A DNA stretch of 64,000 nucleotides from Dudresnaya verticillata (taxonomy: Eukaryota), in contig OZ374558.1 of assembly GCA_977862235.1 (NCBI GenBank), forward strand, positions 1,364,001 through 1,428,000, written 5' to 3'. The notes beneath the pieces were generated by a model. The model was given only the letters and a program-made list of their open reading frames with translations, was not told the origin of the DNA and did not search any database. Position numbers and translations under genes: made by a program. This document shows positions 1 through 11,061 of this stretch, in pieces. Positions within the stretch are counted from its first letter, which is position 1, and each line of letters opens with the position of its first letter.

Positions 1-1260
1 AGCGGGATACTCCGAGTAGGTATAATCCGATGGAGATTCAATCGACAGAACGCCAGAGCGTCGTGACTGACTCTTAGGTTTTCCGTCGAAGACGTGCACC
101 GCTGAGGTTTGGCATCTGGTTGCCCGATGGGATTCTCCAAGCCCTTTAGCGTAGCGGGTGATGGCTTGGAAATCCATGTGGGGGTGTGTTGCCAGATAAT
201 TTCTCATCTGCTGACACGTTCCCGGTAGGAGTCCTTCCACAAACAGCGACTTGAGGGACCTGTCGGAGAATACTGTACCGCATCGGAGTGCCGTAGTCCA
301 AAGTTGGTTAGAGAATTGCTCTTCCGTTAAGGCCGACGTTTGTCGAAATGAAGTTACGTCCGAATACCCTTCGGCAATCACCTCATCGGTAGCATAAGTC
401 CTTAGCAAAACGTTCACCACTTCGGTATAGGTGCGAAGCATCTCTGCTTGCTCCTCGTCAACCGCCATGGTGCCACCAGCGAGACGGGCCTGAAGCAAAG
501 CTTCAGCCTGTCCACTTAAGAAAAACTGGAAACACCACAGTGCGGTTCCTTCCGAAATTGAGTTGATGTTACACGCATCCTTGAACTTCGCGAGAAATCC
601 AAGGACCGTGATGGGGTCTGTACCGTTGAAGGAGTGGGAGTTCATTTGCACCTCCAGCTTTTTGCGGATACGACCCATATTCTGGGACAAGCTAGAGCTG
701 TAGTATGAACTCCTTTTCTCCAGTCGGTATGTTCGGAAATCCAGCGCCTTCACGAACCTGTCGTTCAGGGGCCGGATCACCTTTGGGAGTGGCCTGTCGA
801 CCTCTCGGTGTTTGGCGTCGTTTTTTCTGGCCCGACGCCGCTCGTCCCTATCCGTATCGGAGTAGCTCGTATCAGAGCCAGAGGAATGGGAGGAGTCATG
901 CCCTTTTCGTCGCCTATGGCGTGACTTGCGCTTATTCTTCTTCCTATTGCGGTGTTGGCTATCATCAGATTCCGTACCGGAGTATTCTTTGTCCCGTCGC
1001 GAAGCGCGTTTGCTCCGTTGCGAACGGTCACGTTCCTTATCGGAGTGGGAGTCCTTGGCCTTTCTGTCAGCACTGTCTCTACCACTCCGGTCTTGGTTTT
1101 TTTTGGAGTCACCATCGGAGTGCTCACTGCCTCTACGCGAAGCCACCGGCACGGTGATACGTTCCCCCGCAGGCACTTCTGCGGGTCCAGGGACCGTACT
1201 CCGATTCGGTTGGGGTTGGTGTGTTGGATCCAATTCGGTTATTGAGTTTGGGTAGGTAAC
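1..1260 (-). CDS. gag: Gypsy A Gag (partial; no ATG seen at its 5' end, 5' limit approximate)
   Basis: Translates KVIRPLNDRFVKALDFRTYRLEKRS...FNGTDPITVLGFLAKFKDACN...LWCFQFFL, closely matching ORF 54283-55659. Confidence 0.8.
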
Positions 1261-1919
1261 CCAGGGGCTGCCGCTGTCCTTACCGGATCGGGCGGAAACA
1301 CCTGAGTGGGGATTTCTGGCATATACGTCGTTTCTCCCTTGACCGGGAAGTTGTTCCGTATCGGTGTAGGTCCAGAAAAGGGCGGCTCCTTGGGTCCCGG
1401 TAGGGGTTGTCCGGGGATGAGCATCTGCTCGATCTCCGACGCCTGACGCTCCTGACGGATGAGCGTCTGTACCAACTCCGGAAGGTGTTTCTCCAAGTAG
1501 GACCTAACAATGACCGGAACGGTGTCGGCGAGCGTGGTCTCAACCTCCTTGACCATGTTGGGCTGCACCTCTATTCGGAGATGCTCCAACACCCGTGGGA
1601 TGACCTCCGAAAGTATCCAATGGACACGATTGGAGTCACCTGGCTTGGATACACCCTTGCGGGAAGTGTCTGAACCAGGTCGGGATCTAGCGAGCTTACT
1701 GGCTACACCTTTAAGGAGTTCTTCGGGGTTCTCCATACCGGGGTTCAGGTCGGCAGCATCGCCACGGCGTGTTCTCGTGGCTGAGGCTACCTCCGGTTCG
1801 GTGGGCTCACTGCGGCGTGTTCTCGCAGTAGAGGGCACCTCCGGGATGGTGTTATCGTCACCGCGGCGTGCTCTCGCGGTTGACGGCACCTCACCTTGAT
1901 CCGATACGGTAGGGTCCAT
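1239..1919 (-). CDS. Gypsy A ORF1 (N-terminal segment upstream of gag, 226 aa)
   Basis: ATG after the 5' UTR; RVHWILSEVIPRVLEHLRIEVQP...YLEKHLP matches 53609-54202. Confidence 0.75.
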   Translation of the reverse strand: MDPTVSDQGEVPSTARARRGDDNTIPEVPSTARTRRSEPTEPEVASATRTRRGDAADLNPGMENPEELLKGVASKLARSRPGSDTSRKGVSKPGDSNRVHWILSEVIPRVLEHLRIEVQPNMVKEVETTLADTVPVIVRSYLEKHLPELVQTLIRQERQASEIEQMLIPGQPLPGPKEPPFSGPTPIRNNFPVKGETTYMPEIPTQVFPPDPVRTAAAPGLPTQTQ

Positions 1920-2061
1920 GTGTTCTTCTATTCTTAGGTTACCAAAATGGAGTCAACGAATGTTTTGCCTTGTCCTGCCTTTACACCAATACGGAGTTGT
2001 CACGAAGCTGACCTCCTACCGAAGCGGAGTCCAACGGAGATTCTTCTACCTTGACGGCCTT

Positions 2062-2077
2062 CTAGGTCGGGAGACCA
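2062..2077 (-). promoter_or_regulatory. Primer-binding site TGGTCTCCCGACCTAG
   Basis: Starts with TGG a few nt after the LTR end; identical 16-mer at 50231-50246 and 53466-53481. Confidence 0.85.
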
Positions 2078-2083
2078 AAAAGA

Positions 2084-2564
2084 TGTGGTGAAGTGAAAGG
2101 CACACCTGTAAGGAGAGCTGATCAGGCAATCCCAATAAGGAGTGATCTCACACGGCACCGGGGTGGTAGAGCTTAGTTCGTAGACCGAAGGGAGTACCTC
2201 GAGCGGCAACACCTGTCAGGAGTAAAGGGACGCAACAGACAAGGGGGACGGTACAGTGCCAGGGCAGCTACACCGGGACGGAGGTAGGAGGAATCCGTGC
2301 ACGGGGCTGGCGAGGGGAAACCGTAAAGGAGTATGAGGGTAAGGCTTAGGGTAAGTCACTTTGCCCAGGGTTGCGTACCCGTTTACTGTAGGACTCGCGG
2401 TGGCCACCCATTAATATACTGGGAGATACGCCCCGCGGTCCGGACCGTGTGGGCCAGACCCCAATGGGTCTGGGCCACCAGGTGGGTCCGGCCCTACTGG
2501 TCCCGGTCACCGTTGCGGACATGCTCGGCATTCTCATTGGCCGGCTGACACTACGTACTGTACA
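2084..2564 (-). repeat. 5' LTR of Gypsy A (481 bp)
   Basis: TG...CA termini; start aligns with LTR 52988-53460 (TGTACAGTAyGTAG...GCCAATGAGAATGC). Confidence 0.85.
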
Positions 2565-2918
2565 GCATCATTACAATTACCTAATTACAAATAAATCAAC
2601 TACTTGAATCTTATTGGTGGTGCGCGCAGACTCCAGCAAGGCGTACAGTGCTACTGTGTCGCTGCACTCCGCTTCGGCTTTTGGCGCCAGCACACCAATG
2701 CGCCGGGCGCGAGTCGGCTCAACCGTCGTCCGCACTCCGAAACGGCCGCTTCACCACACCAAGGCTGAAAATTATCGCCGTCTTGGCCTTAATCATTTGT
2801 TCGAGCCACTTCTTTCTCACACTTGCGGAAGATGATTCGGGTTCTGTAGAAAACCCTAGAAGTTCGACATCGTTGCGACAAATATAGGCGTACATGTGGC
2901 GCACGGGGGCCCGGGCTT

Positions 2919-2935
2919 CACTACAAGTCCATTTC
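2919..2935 (+). repeat. Left TIR of the CACTA element
   Basis: CACTACAAGTCCATTTC; CAATAAA follows at offset 28 at both ends. Confidence 0.93.
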
Positions 2936-4959
2936 CGGGCCAGATCAATAAAGTCCCATAAATGTTATTCAGGGCCGGGCCATACAATTACTGCTGCGGC
3001 GTGATGAAAATTCTGTACAGAAATTATATCCGTATCGGGCCAGACCTAGAAAACAGGACTTAAGCCCCCGATAGATTTGGCGCCACGGCGCAGCCCGTTT
3101 AATCATCTTTGTGCGCCACGTACGTTGCGCTTGCACGATGAAGGAGGTGATCCGGACAGTTAAACCCGTTGTCTCACGTTAACACGTCTACGCCTTTACG
3201 ACATCAGTTGCTCAGTACTGAGACCACCTCAAGCGTTTATCGTATACACCGACTTGACTTTGCTCAGACCAGTAGTATTGCTGTTCTGAACAATTACTGT
3301 GAAGTTCGAGACGCGCTTACATGACATTCTGAAACATGAGCAGTACTGCTCCTGCCCAACGAAGCAGTCGTTCTACAACAATACTGGCATCACTATTCTA
3401 CGATACAATGAATGCGTCAGGTCACCGTTACCATCGTCCGCGCGCGTTGCGTTTGTAGCTCCAGAGTAATGAAAAGTTATAGTTTGCTTTACTTGTAAAC
3501 ATTGGTCATAGTATCCTACCTACGCTAATCGTCAGAATATTCCCGGTACGAAACCGGAAAGATTCGAACAATTGTTCGAACGTTCACGCATGCCCACCTG
3601 ATACCTTTACGGTAGAAGAAACTTTCAACGCTTCATCATCAACACAGATATATGTGCCGTACGGCTCCTTGAAAGCTGCCATGCTCGCGTACGCAAATCG
3701 ATTTTCATCAACTTGAGATTCACATGGTGACGAGACCTCTCAGAGAATGTCAGAGAATGAGGCGGACCGTGGGGTGAAGCTCACTTCGCCGCGCTCGGCT
3801 TGTAGTACGACAGGCTAGCGAGATTGAGCGCAAAGAAAATTTGTCAGATGCGTGGGGTCAGACGCATACGCACGACGATCGTCGTCAATGCGTACGCGTC
3901 TGACCCGTCGCGATCGAACGCTGCATCAGCAAATCTGCCGAAAAGGCGGACTTTCGACATTTCTGTCATCTGATCCTCGAGAACCGCACGTACGTGCGCG
4001 TGCATCGCACAATGCATGCAGCCATAGCAATGGAGAACGCCACGCAAAATGCATAATACGAGCATGCGGTGGCCACGGTTGGGGGTTGTTCTGTCAGTAT
4101 CGATTATTTCTGGACCGTCATTGGCCAGATTTGTATTTCTGAAACGAGCTGCGGTACTGTATGTCCACTGAGCCAGTATAGTGAACTGTACATATCTGTA
4201 AGACGAGATCCCATGATCTCACAGTGTCGAGACTTGAAAAAGATATTTAAATGTCCCATTGCCCAATCAGAGCTCAATGGATTGACATCATTTCAACGCT
4301 TATTGGTCTTCGTGATGCAATGAATATACGCACAGTCAAACGGGGTCTTCCATGTTTAATAAGGGTAAAAACAGTTTGCAGTACTGCACTGTAATCCATG
4401 GTCCCATGCCCACGTGGAGCTCGACTATGCTACCACCATTCGGGGTCTGTATGACCTATACCCTGCACGCGCCTACCATATCAATGAATTTGCTCGTACC
4501 AGCGCTCGTTTTTTTCTCTTCTGAACATCTTTCCTGTACTTTCGAAACTCTCTATTTGTTGGTACAGGCCATACCCCCTTGTAAGTCTCGTCCGATACGT
4601 CTAATGATCTGGAACTGCAGTGGGAGTAAATATCGAAGCTTTTACAGAATAGCTATTGTTCGACTTCCAGTACTGGTCAAGAACAAATACGCATATCTGA
4701 TTTAAATTCCACAGAGCAGAAGAGGTATTAAATTGATATTTATTGAAATACCATGACACCGTGCTTTCGATAGTAATACTGGTAGCTTGCCAAGCTGTAC
4801 AGCTGAGCACAACTTAAGTTACTGAATGCATTCACTGCATGCAGTAACGAGGTACGGATCCGAGGTAAAGAATATTCTCTAAACGAAATGAAATAGCTAC
4901 GCATTAATATTAAGGGGTTGCGCAGCAGATTTACTAGAAACAAATATTTAAGGTTAGCG

Positions 4960-7900
4960 TCAAGCAATTCTTGGTGGGTACCCATTAACGCGTCTTTGGA
5001 AGAACATTTTCCCGCCTTGTAATAAAGTTTCGCAGTGTCTGACCTCCCCTTTATCTGCATCGAACACACAACTCCGTACGGAGTTCTCCCCGTTCTGACA
5101 AAAGTGATACAACGCAACCCTTCGTACGCTGGGATGCAATTGGAGAACACGAAACGACTGAGAACTTAAAGGTTCTTCTATATGAAGAATAGAGTTTCCA
5201 GATGGTTTGCAACGCACGCAAAGCACCCACACACTATCTGGTACCAGAAGTGCACATAAAACAACAAAAAGGTAAGGTTTCGCATCAGGGCTGGTATATG
5301 GTACCAGAAAGGGTCTTCCAATATCTTCAGGACTGAGATATGCTTGAATAACAGTGTTGAAGTAAATGCAATCGAACGCGGCAGGGGTTCCTATTTGCAC
5401 GCCATTGTTTCCAACCCTAATTCTGTTCACCAACTTATAAAGTTGAGGGATAGAACTATCTCCTCGACTGAGCCGTTCAGTGGAAGGATAAAATGCATTC
5501 AGGCTTTTCCAGGTTGATGTAAGGGCGTCCTCTACATCCCTCTCCGGAAGGCAAAGAGCTTTGGCTACATCCTGCGCTGTCGTACGACTTTTGCATATCC
5601 ATTTCGATGATTTCTGTACAGAAAAGTTTCCGGCTCTTCCTTGCTTCCCTATCTGCTTTTCTAGAATGCGGTTAATTTGTCCGCTAATGGCCGCGTCAGC
5701 TTTTGCCAGAATGTCGGAATCCTTCTCCTCGTCGAGCAAATGCACTTCTTCTCCGAGCAGCAGCCTTCGTTCGAAGCGCTTCTTTTGGATTTCGTGTTCA
5801 GGAGAACCGGAAAGTGCTAGCAGTACTGCTAGTCTTCCTTGCCAATCATTCCCCACACAATGATCTATCGCCGAAAGGTGGGAATTTTTCTGGTTGCTTC
5901 TTTGAAGACATCGTTTCAGAGGTTGGTGCGCATACTCAAACACCAACTCCACAAACTCTCTAACATGTCCGAAGGCAGGTATGGAGTGTTCATAGAGTTC
6001 AATTAGACGGTGGAGGTTTGGTTTATCCAGCAGTTTCCTCTTCTCTTCAACCTCTGTACAGAGCTTTTCGACACCTTCCACGTACCGTTTGGAGAGTACT
6101 CTCAACTCCGATATATAACTCATATTACTACCCCGGACGGTATCATAGGCCTTAAACCCATCCAGTTCTTGCTCTGGCCACCAATAAGTGAATGCCACAA
6201 GCCGCTGGAAAAGTTTGAGAAGCTCCAGAGTTCGGTCGTATTCAGTACGGTTTGATCGAATGAAAGCTCTTACTATTGTGAACGCCGGTACCGACACAAC
6301 TAAGACACAGAATGTTCCCGAAAGGCTCATTGTGTTCAGCTTCTTGACATCCTCATTAAATATTCGCTTCTGTTTTATAAGTCTATTTTTAGTGAGACCA
6401 GCACATATTCTGGCGTCCGCCTGTATTCTTAGTTCCTTTGTTGGGAGGCTGAGAAACATCGCTAGCATAATGTTTTTAGACAGTCCTGTCAAGAGATGAT
6501 CTGGTGCCACGAGATTGGAACAGTACGCGTCGAACAGTCCTGTCACGACGGGTTCTCCTTGAACATTCTTCTGAATGCCTTGTCGTGCGTCTTGCAAGGA
6601 GTTTTGGAAATATAGTAGAGGACAGTTACTGTCTGAGGCTTTGGATTGTCGTACGAGTCCAAGGAAGCTTGCATCTGCGTCCGCAATGCCATTTTCTCTA
6701 ATAGACGTATGTCTCTCGCCGTGTCGAAGGAAAGCGGAATTCCTTGCGTGAACCTGTGTTGTATACCCATACCTCGTCCCATCAGCCTGTGATTTAGGGA
6801 GTCTTCGGAAGGAACACAAAGTGCACGGAGCATTTCCAACATGACCGACGACGTCAATCGTGCCCGCGGATGCTGGGTAGTCCGCAACGTACCCAACGAC
6901 GTCGATAAATATTTTGACTGCCACACCGTCCGGTGTGAATCCATCTACTCCTTCTGAAGCTGCCTTAACCAAGTCTGCAACTATGAATCTCAATACCTCA
7001 TTGGATGACACTCCGGGAGGTGTTAAGCTAACTATCCGTACGGATGAAGCTGACCTTCGTGCCTCTGGGGGTAACGAAATGGGGAGCATGTAACAACCTC
7101 CAGCTGACCCTTGAGAGCTCATTGTAACAGACGTTTGAAATTCATCACAATATAAGAGTACTCTATATACAACGTATGGTTGCCCTCCCTTCTGAAGGAT
7201 TCCATGCTTTTTGTTACTGCTCCGACTGGAAGGGAGATTGGGGAACAAACTGGTTCCGGGCACATAGCAGACCCACTCAACAACATGTTGTATTAATTTG
7301 TCCGGCTCTATTGTTACTATCCTGCAATTGGTCTCAGTAAAACTCCGTACGGAGTCCCATCTTATCCAAATGACTGTCTTGGAAGCCTCTCCGTCCTCAT
7401 TTCTCCAGAACCGATGCACAAGAATAGGGAAGACAGATGAGGGCGATTCACACGTATTTTGCTTTGTATTGCGTAGAAGACAACATATGTCTGAAGGGAG
7501 TACCCCCAAGGCAGAATACTCAGTATCACTTCTTGTTCCGGGTCCGGATGCAGAATCTTTTAAACATTCCATCACTTTCTTCTCGCGTTTAGATAAGTGT
7601 GCAAGCTTTACGGACCTTTCAAAGCTTTTTGTTGTCTTTCCATTTGCTCCAACGGACCAGACAGTGACAATGAAAGCTTTAAAGCTGTAACAACTGCCAG
7701 TACTGGACAGCGAGAATCCTGTTTTAAAGGCCGGCCGGGTGTCTGAACAGTTGATATAGACCTTGTCTCCTGGGACGCATCGTACGACGTGCCCATCATG
7801 TTCTGCATATACTTGGTCACATGAAAGTAGAACAGCTTCTCTTCTCTGCACCATATCGGAGTACTCCAATTCATTATCCCTCACATTTTCTTGCGGCACC

Positions 7901-8919
7901 GTACTGCAACTAGGTTGCCTCTCTCGGCTTATAAAGTTGGGGAACATCTGTTCGAACAGAGAAGGCGTGCAAACATCCAGCTTTGCCCAAGAACTCGGTA
8001 GGACAATGCGGACGTCTTCTTTCTGTACAGAATTACACGTAAAAATATTACCTTGTGGCCGTCCGACATCATCAGAATCAATAGGTATGGAAGGTATGGA
8101 GTACTCCAGGGTTCCTGGAAGGGTCCCGGATATACCGCTCGGTAGATCCATGGAAACCTGATTCTTGCGAGGCAAGGAGACCAGCAAGCTTTTGGGGAAG
8201 CAGTTTTTCACAATGGTCATGAAGTATCCATGTGCGCGCTTGTAAGGGGGAAGAACAAGTCCGTTCTCACCTGGACATTCAGTACTGAATTCTTCTATGA
8301 GATCCTTCAAAAAATCATACTGTTCAACTGTGAATCGTACGCTTCCTACTACACACAATATAGCAGTAAGATGAAGAGGGCTCTTCCATAAGGAAAGAAG
8401 CTTTTTCATTTTTCTCAGATATATTGTCCTGTTAGTAAAAGACTCGACGTTCAGAGAATGAAGTACTTCTGTCTCAGGTAGCGTGCTCTCTATGTCGTCA
8501 GACGGAAACGAGGGGTACTCGACCTCATGCTCAGGGGCTGTGGTGAACATCTCCTCTGCAAGGTTCTCAAAACGACTGAAAGTCGTACCATGGTTTGTGG
8601 TGGAGTCCTCCTGAAAAACACTTTCCCTATCGCCTCCAGCTCGCAATTCATTTGAGGAAGCCCGTACGGGTTCTCCTGTAAGTCCTTCATGCCATGGTAT
8701 GTTATCGCGATCTGCAGATGTGGGTTCTTGTTCGCGAACGTCGCAAACATCCAAGTTCGTCGTTGCGTCCAATTCACGTCGCGGTCCACTACGCCGATCG
8801 GAACTTTGAGAGTAGTGTTGCCTTGTTTGAAGGATAGAGGACATCTGCCGATGTTGCTGTTCCCATGAAGACTGTACAGTTCTTCTTCTTCTCTTCTTTG
8901 AATTTGGAGAGGGATTCAT
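4960..8919 (-). CDS. CACTA-type DDE transposase, 1319 aa, uninterrupted
   Basis: Motifs LLYCDEF, VADYPA, GHVGNAPCTLC, APDHLLTGL, KPNLHRL...IPAFG...FEYAHQPLK in the order typical of CACTA/Plavaka-like transposases; N-terminal basic NLS-like stretch. Confidence 0.88.
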   Translation of the reverse strand: MNPSPNSKKRRRRTVQSSWEQQHRQMSSILQTRQHYSQSSDRRSGPRRELDATTNLDVCDVREQEPTSADRDNIPWHEGLTGEPVRASSNELRAGGDRESVFQEDSTTNHGTTFSRFENLAEEMFTTAPEHEVEYPSFPSDDIESTLPETEVLHSLNVESFTNRTIYLRKMKKLLSLWKSPLHLTAILCVVGSVRFTVEQYDFLKDLIEEFSTECPGENGLVLPPYKRAHGYFMTIVKNCFPKSLLVSLPRKNQVSMDLPSGISGTLPGTLEYSIPSIPIDSDDVGRPQGNIFTCNSVQKEDVRIVLPSSWAKLDVCTPSLFEQMFPNFISRERQPSCSTVPQENVRDNELEYSDMVQRREAVLLSCDQVYAEHDGHVVRCVPGDKVYINCSDTRPAFKTGFSLSSTGSCYSFKAFIVTVWSVGANGKTTKSFERSVKLAHLSKREKKVMECLKDSASGPGTRSDTEYSALGVLPSDICCLLRNTKQNTCESPSSVFPILVHRFWRNEDGEASKTVIWIRWDSVRSFTETNCRIVTIEPDKLIQHVVEWVCYVPGTSLFPNLPSSRSSNKKHGILQKGGQPYVVYRVLLYCDEFQTSVTMSSQGSAGGCYMLPISLPPEARRSASSVRIVSLTPPGVSSNEVLRFIVADLVKAASEGVDGFTPDGVAVKIFIDVVGYVADYPASAGTIDVVGHVGNAPCTLCSFRRLPKSQADGTRYGYTTQVHARNSAFLRHGERHTSIRENGIADADASFLGLVRQSKASDSNCPLLYFQNSLQDARQGIQKNVQGEPVVTGLFDAYCSNLVAPDHLLTGLSKNIMLAMFLSLPTKELRIQADARICAGLTKNRLIKQKRIFNEDVKKLNTMSLSGTFCVLVVSVPAFTIVRAFIRSNRTEYDRTLELLKLFQRLVAFTYWWPEQELDGFKAYDTVRGSNMSYISELRVLSKRYVEGVEKLCTEVEEKRKLLDKPNLHRLIELYEHSIPAFGHVREFVELVFEYAHQPLKRCLQRSNQKNSHLSAIDHCVGNDWQGRLAVLLALSGSPEHEIQKKRFERRLLLGEEVHLLDEEKDSDILAKADAAISGQINRILEKQIGKQGRAGNFSVQKSSKWICKSRTTAQDVAKALCLPERDVEDALTSTWKSLNAFYPSTERLSRGDSSIPQLYKLVNRIRVGNNGVQIGTPAAFDCIYFNTVIQAYLSPEDIGRPFLVPYTSPDAKPYLFVVLCALLVPDSVWVLCVRCKPSGNSILHIEEPLSSQSFRVLQLHPSVRRVALYHFCQNGENSVRSCVFDADKGEVRHCETLLQGGKMFFQRRVNGYPPRIA

Positions 8920-11061
8920 TGTGAATACTTCCCACTTAGTGTGTTTAGAAATTTAGAAAGGGATTACTTAGGAATTGAGTGCATAAGTGGACAGTGTTTG
9001 ATATTCAGCACGTCTCACTCAATTCAATAACCTTCGTACGAAGATGTGCAGTATTGCAAGCATAATTTTCCTTGTGAACAAATATAGAGTTAAGATCCGT
9101 TTGAAGTTGTTCTCCTGACTGGGACAGTGCTGTACCCTGTTGCGTAATCGGCGTGTCGTGTTCGTAAACACTACTACTATTGTCAAGATCTGAGCCACAC
9201 ATATGTATGTGTTTTTAGTATGAACAATAGATTATGCTTCTAATTTATGAACTATGTTACATTTGAATGGGATGAAGCAGGATCTAATGCAATTTACCTA
9301 GATCTATGGTATGTTTGTACTGTGATAATACCGAGTATCGATTGGATTCTTTGTTCTCGTTTCAGAATTTGCGAACGTACGTTGCTGTGTGTTTAAATAG
9401 GAAGTCCTATTTATTAGTAAAACAATTTCAGTCTGTTATCATAGCCCAAGGTACAAATAGAGAGAGTGTCAATCAAGAGTTCTATCCATTAAGTTTAGTG
9501 GTTCAGATATATATATCTGGCAGTTTTGAAACGGTGCAGCAGGGTACCCTACACATCGAGTCCTCGGGTCGGGCCAGCAACAGGTCCGACCTGTGGATAT
9601 ATATCCAAATGCACTATTGTATTGAGCTGTACAGCTTCTTCAAAGATGAATGGATTATTCATTAAAAATAAGCACTTAGATCCTCATCATGCCGTTAACA
9701 AGAAATATTTCGCACGAGGATGTCTCTGTGATGTACAGCGTAGTCCCTGTGCATCACGGGACAGGACTGTGGCGGAGGCAAGTTTCGAAACAATAGTTAC
9801 ACTGGCGTTCAGTACTGCAGTGCTGGGCTATTATATTTGAACGTTCATGAACGTTCAAATATAATAGCCCAGTGGGATAATGAAGGCACAAAAGTATCGC
9901 TCTGGAGCAATAGGATTAATGGTCCGCGACGACATGTCGCTCACGACAATTGCCGTTATGCAGCCGGAAAGGATCTCGAGATTGTGATGCTATTACATGG
10001 CTACAAGATGATGACCGTACGGCTCAATCAGCCGTTGCGAGCACTCGCATGTAATTTGATTGGCCGGCCTTAGGAAAAATCTTCTTTGTGCCCTTGTGCA
10101 ACGTGCATCACAGATCTCCATATTCGGCTCGAGTAGCGTTCGCAGCTGCCCAGATATATGTACATACGTGTCAATAAGCATATGCTCATATGTTCAGTGT
10201 GTGGGCCCAGGCCGACTGAACTGGAATTGATTCCTTCCGTCACCTTCGCAGTGGCCCGAACAACAGTACTGCTGCTATTGGGCCAGATCCAGCGGCCCAC
10301 TCCGACGCACCGCGGTGCGAGATCTCGCTGCGGAAACGTGCACACTTCTGGCCCTAGTGGCGCCATGGCCATGTATATTTTGTTTATTATTCTCGCGGAT
10401 TGGTACTGCTATGAGCCGAACATGTGAGCCGCACGGCCACGCACGCGACCTCGTATCTTTCGAGGACCATGTGGCCTGGGAAACCGCAGAGGGTGCCTGA
10501 AGCTGCAGCTCGCCATGCGCCATGGCGCCAGCATGCACTGCTGAACCGGCTCCGGAAGCCGCGATAGACGTTCAACGTCCGGAGTTCCGAACCTCGCCAA
10601 GCGACCCGCTACGGCGCTGCTGCGAAACATGTTTCGCCGCCGCTATCATATGATAGCCGATATCGGCGCTCAGCGCCGCAGCCTGTGGCGGCATGTCGAG
10701 CGCGACATGCGTGCACGCGCGGTCGCTCGGGCCAGACCGCCAGTACTGGCGCGATCAGTGTGTCATCGTCGGTCCAAGTGTTCTGGGGCAATTTGATGGC
10801 CTATTTCGGTTTGGCGCGCAATCATGTGTGAGTCTGGGTATTTATCGGATCGACCGGCGCGCTCGCCCCCCTCTCCCTCCCCCAGCATCCACACCACCAC
10901 AACCTGTCGGCTCCCTTGGAGCCCTTCCCTCCCTCGCTACACACTCCTTTCGCTCCTCCCTTACCCTACCGCGGCTGGCCGTGTGTACACGGCCCTGTGT
11001 GCGCGCGCGACGAGACTACTGCGCGCCCCATTCCCGCTGTGTGCCTTCCTGCGCTCTCGCC

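Larger units (their letters stand above)
1..2564 (-). mobile_element. Ty3/Gypsy LTR retrotransposon A, 5' part (LTR, PBS, ORF1, gag); continues beyond window start
   Basis: Minus-strand LTR TGTACAG...CACCACA, followed by a PBS and gag homologous to the element at 52988-57818. Confidence 0.9.

Noticed and set aside
2549..2553. CACTA pentamer as the transposon left end
   Set aside because: It lies inside the Gypsy A LTR and has no matching inverted repeat; the true TIR starts at 2919.
10693..11061. N-terminal extension of ORF2 from ATG 10693
   Set aside because: It reads like promoter/leader (pyrimidine-rich); ATG 11062 is more plausible, though not proven.
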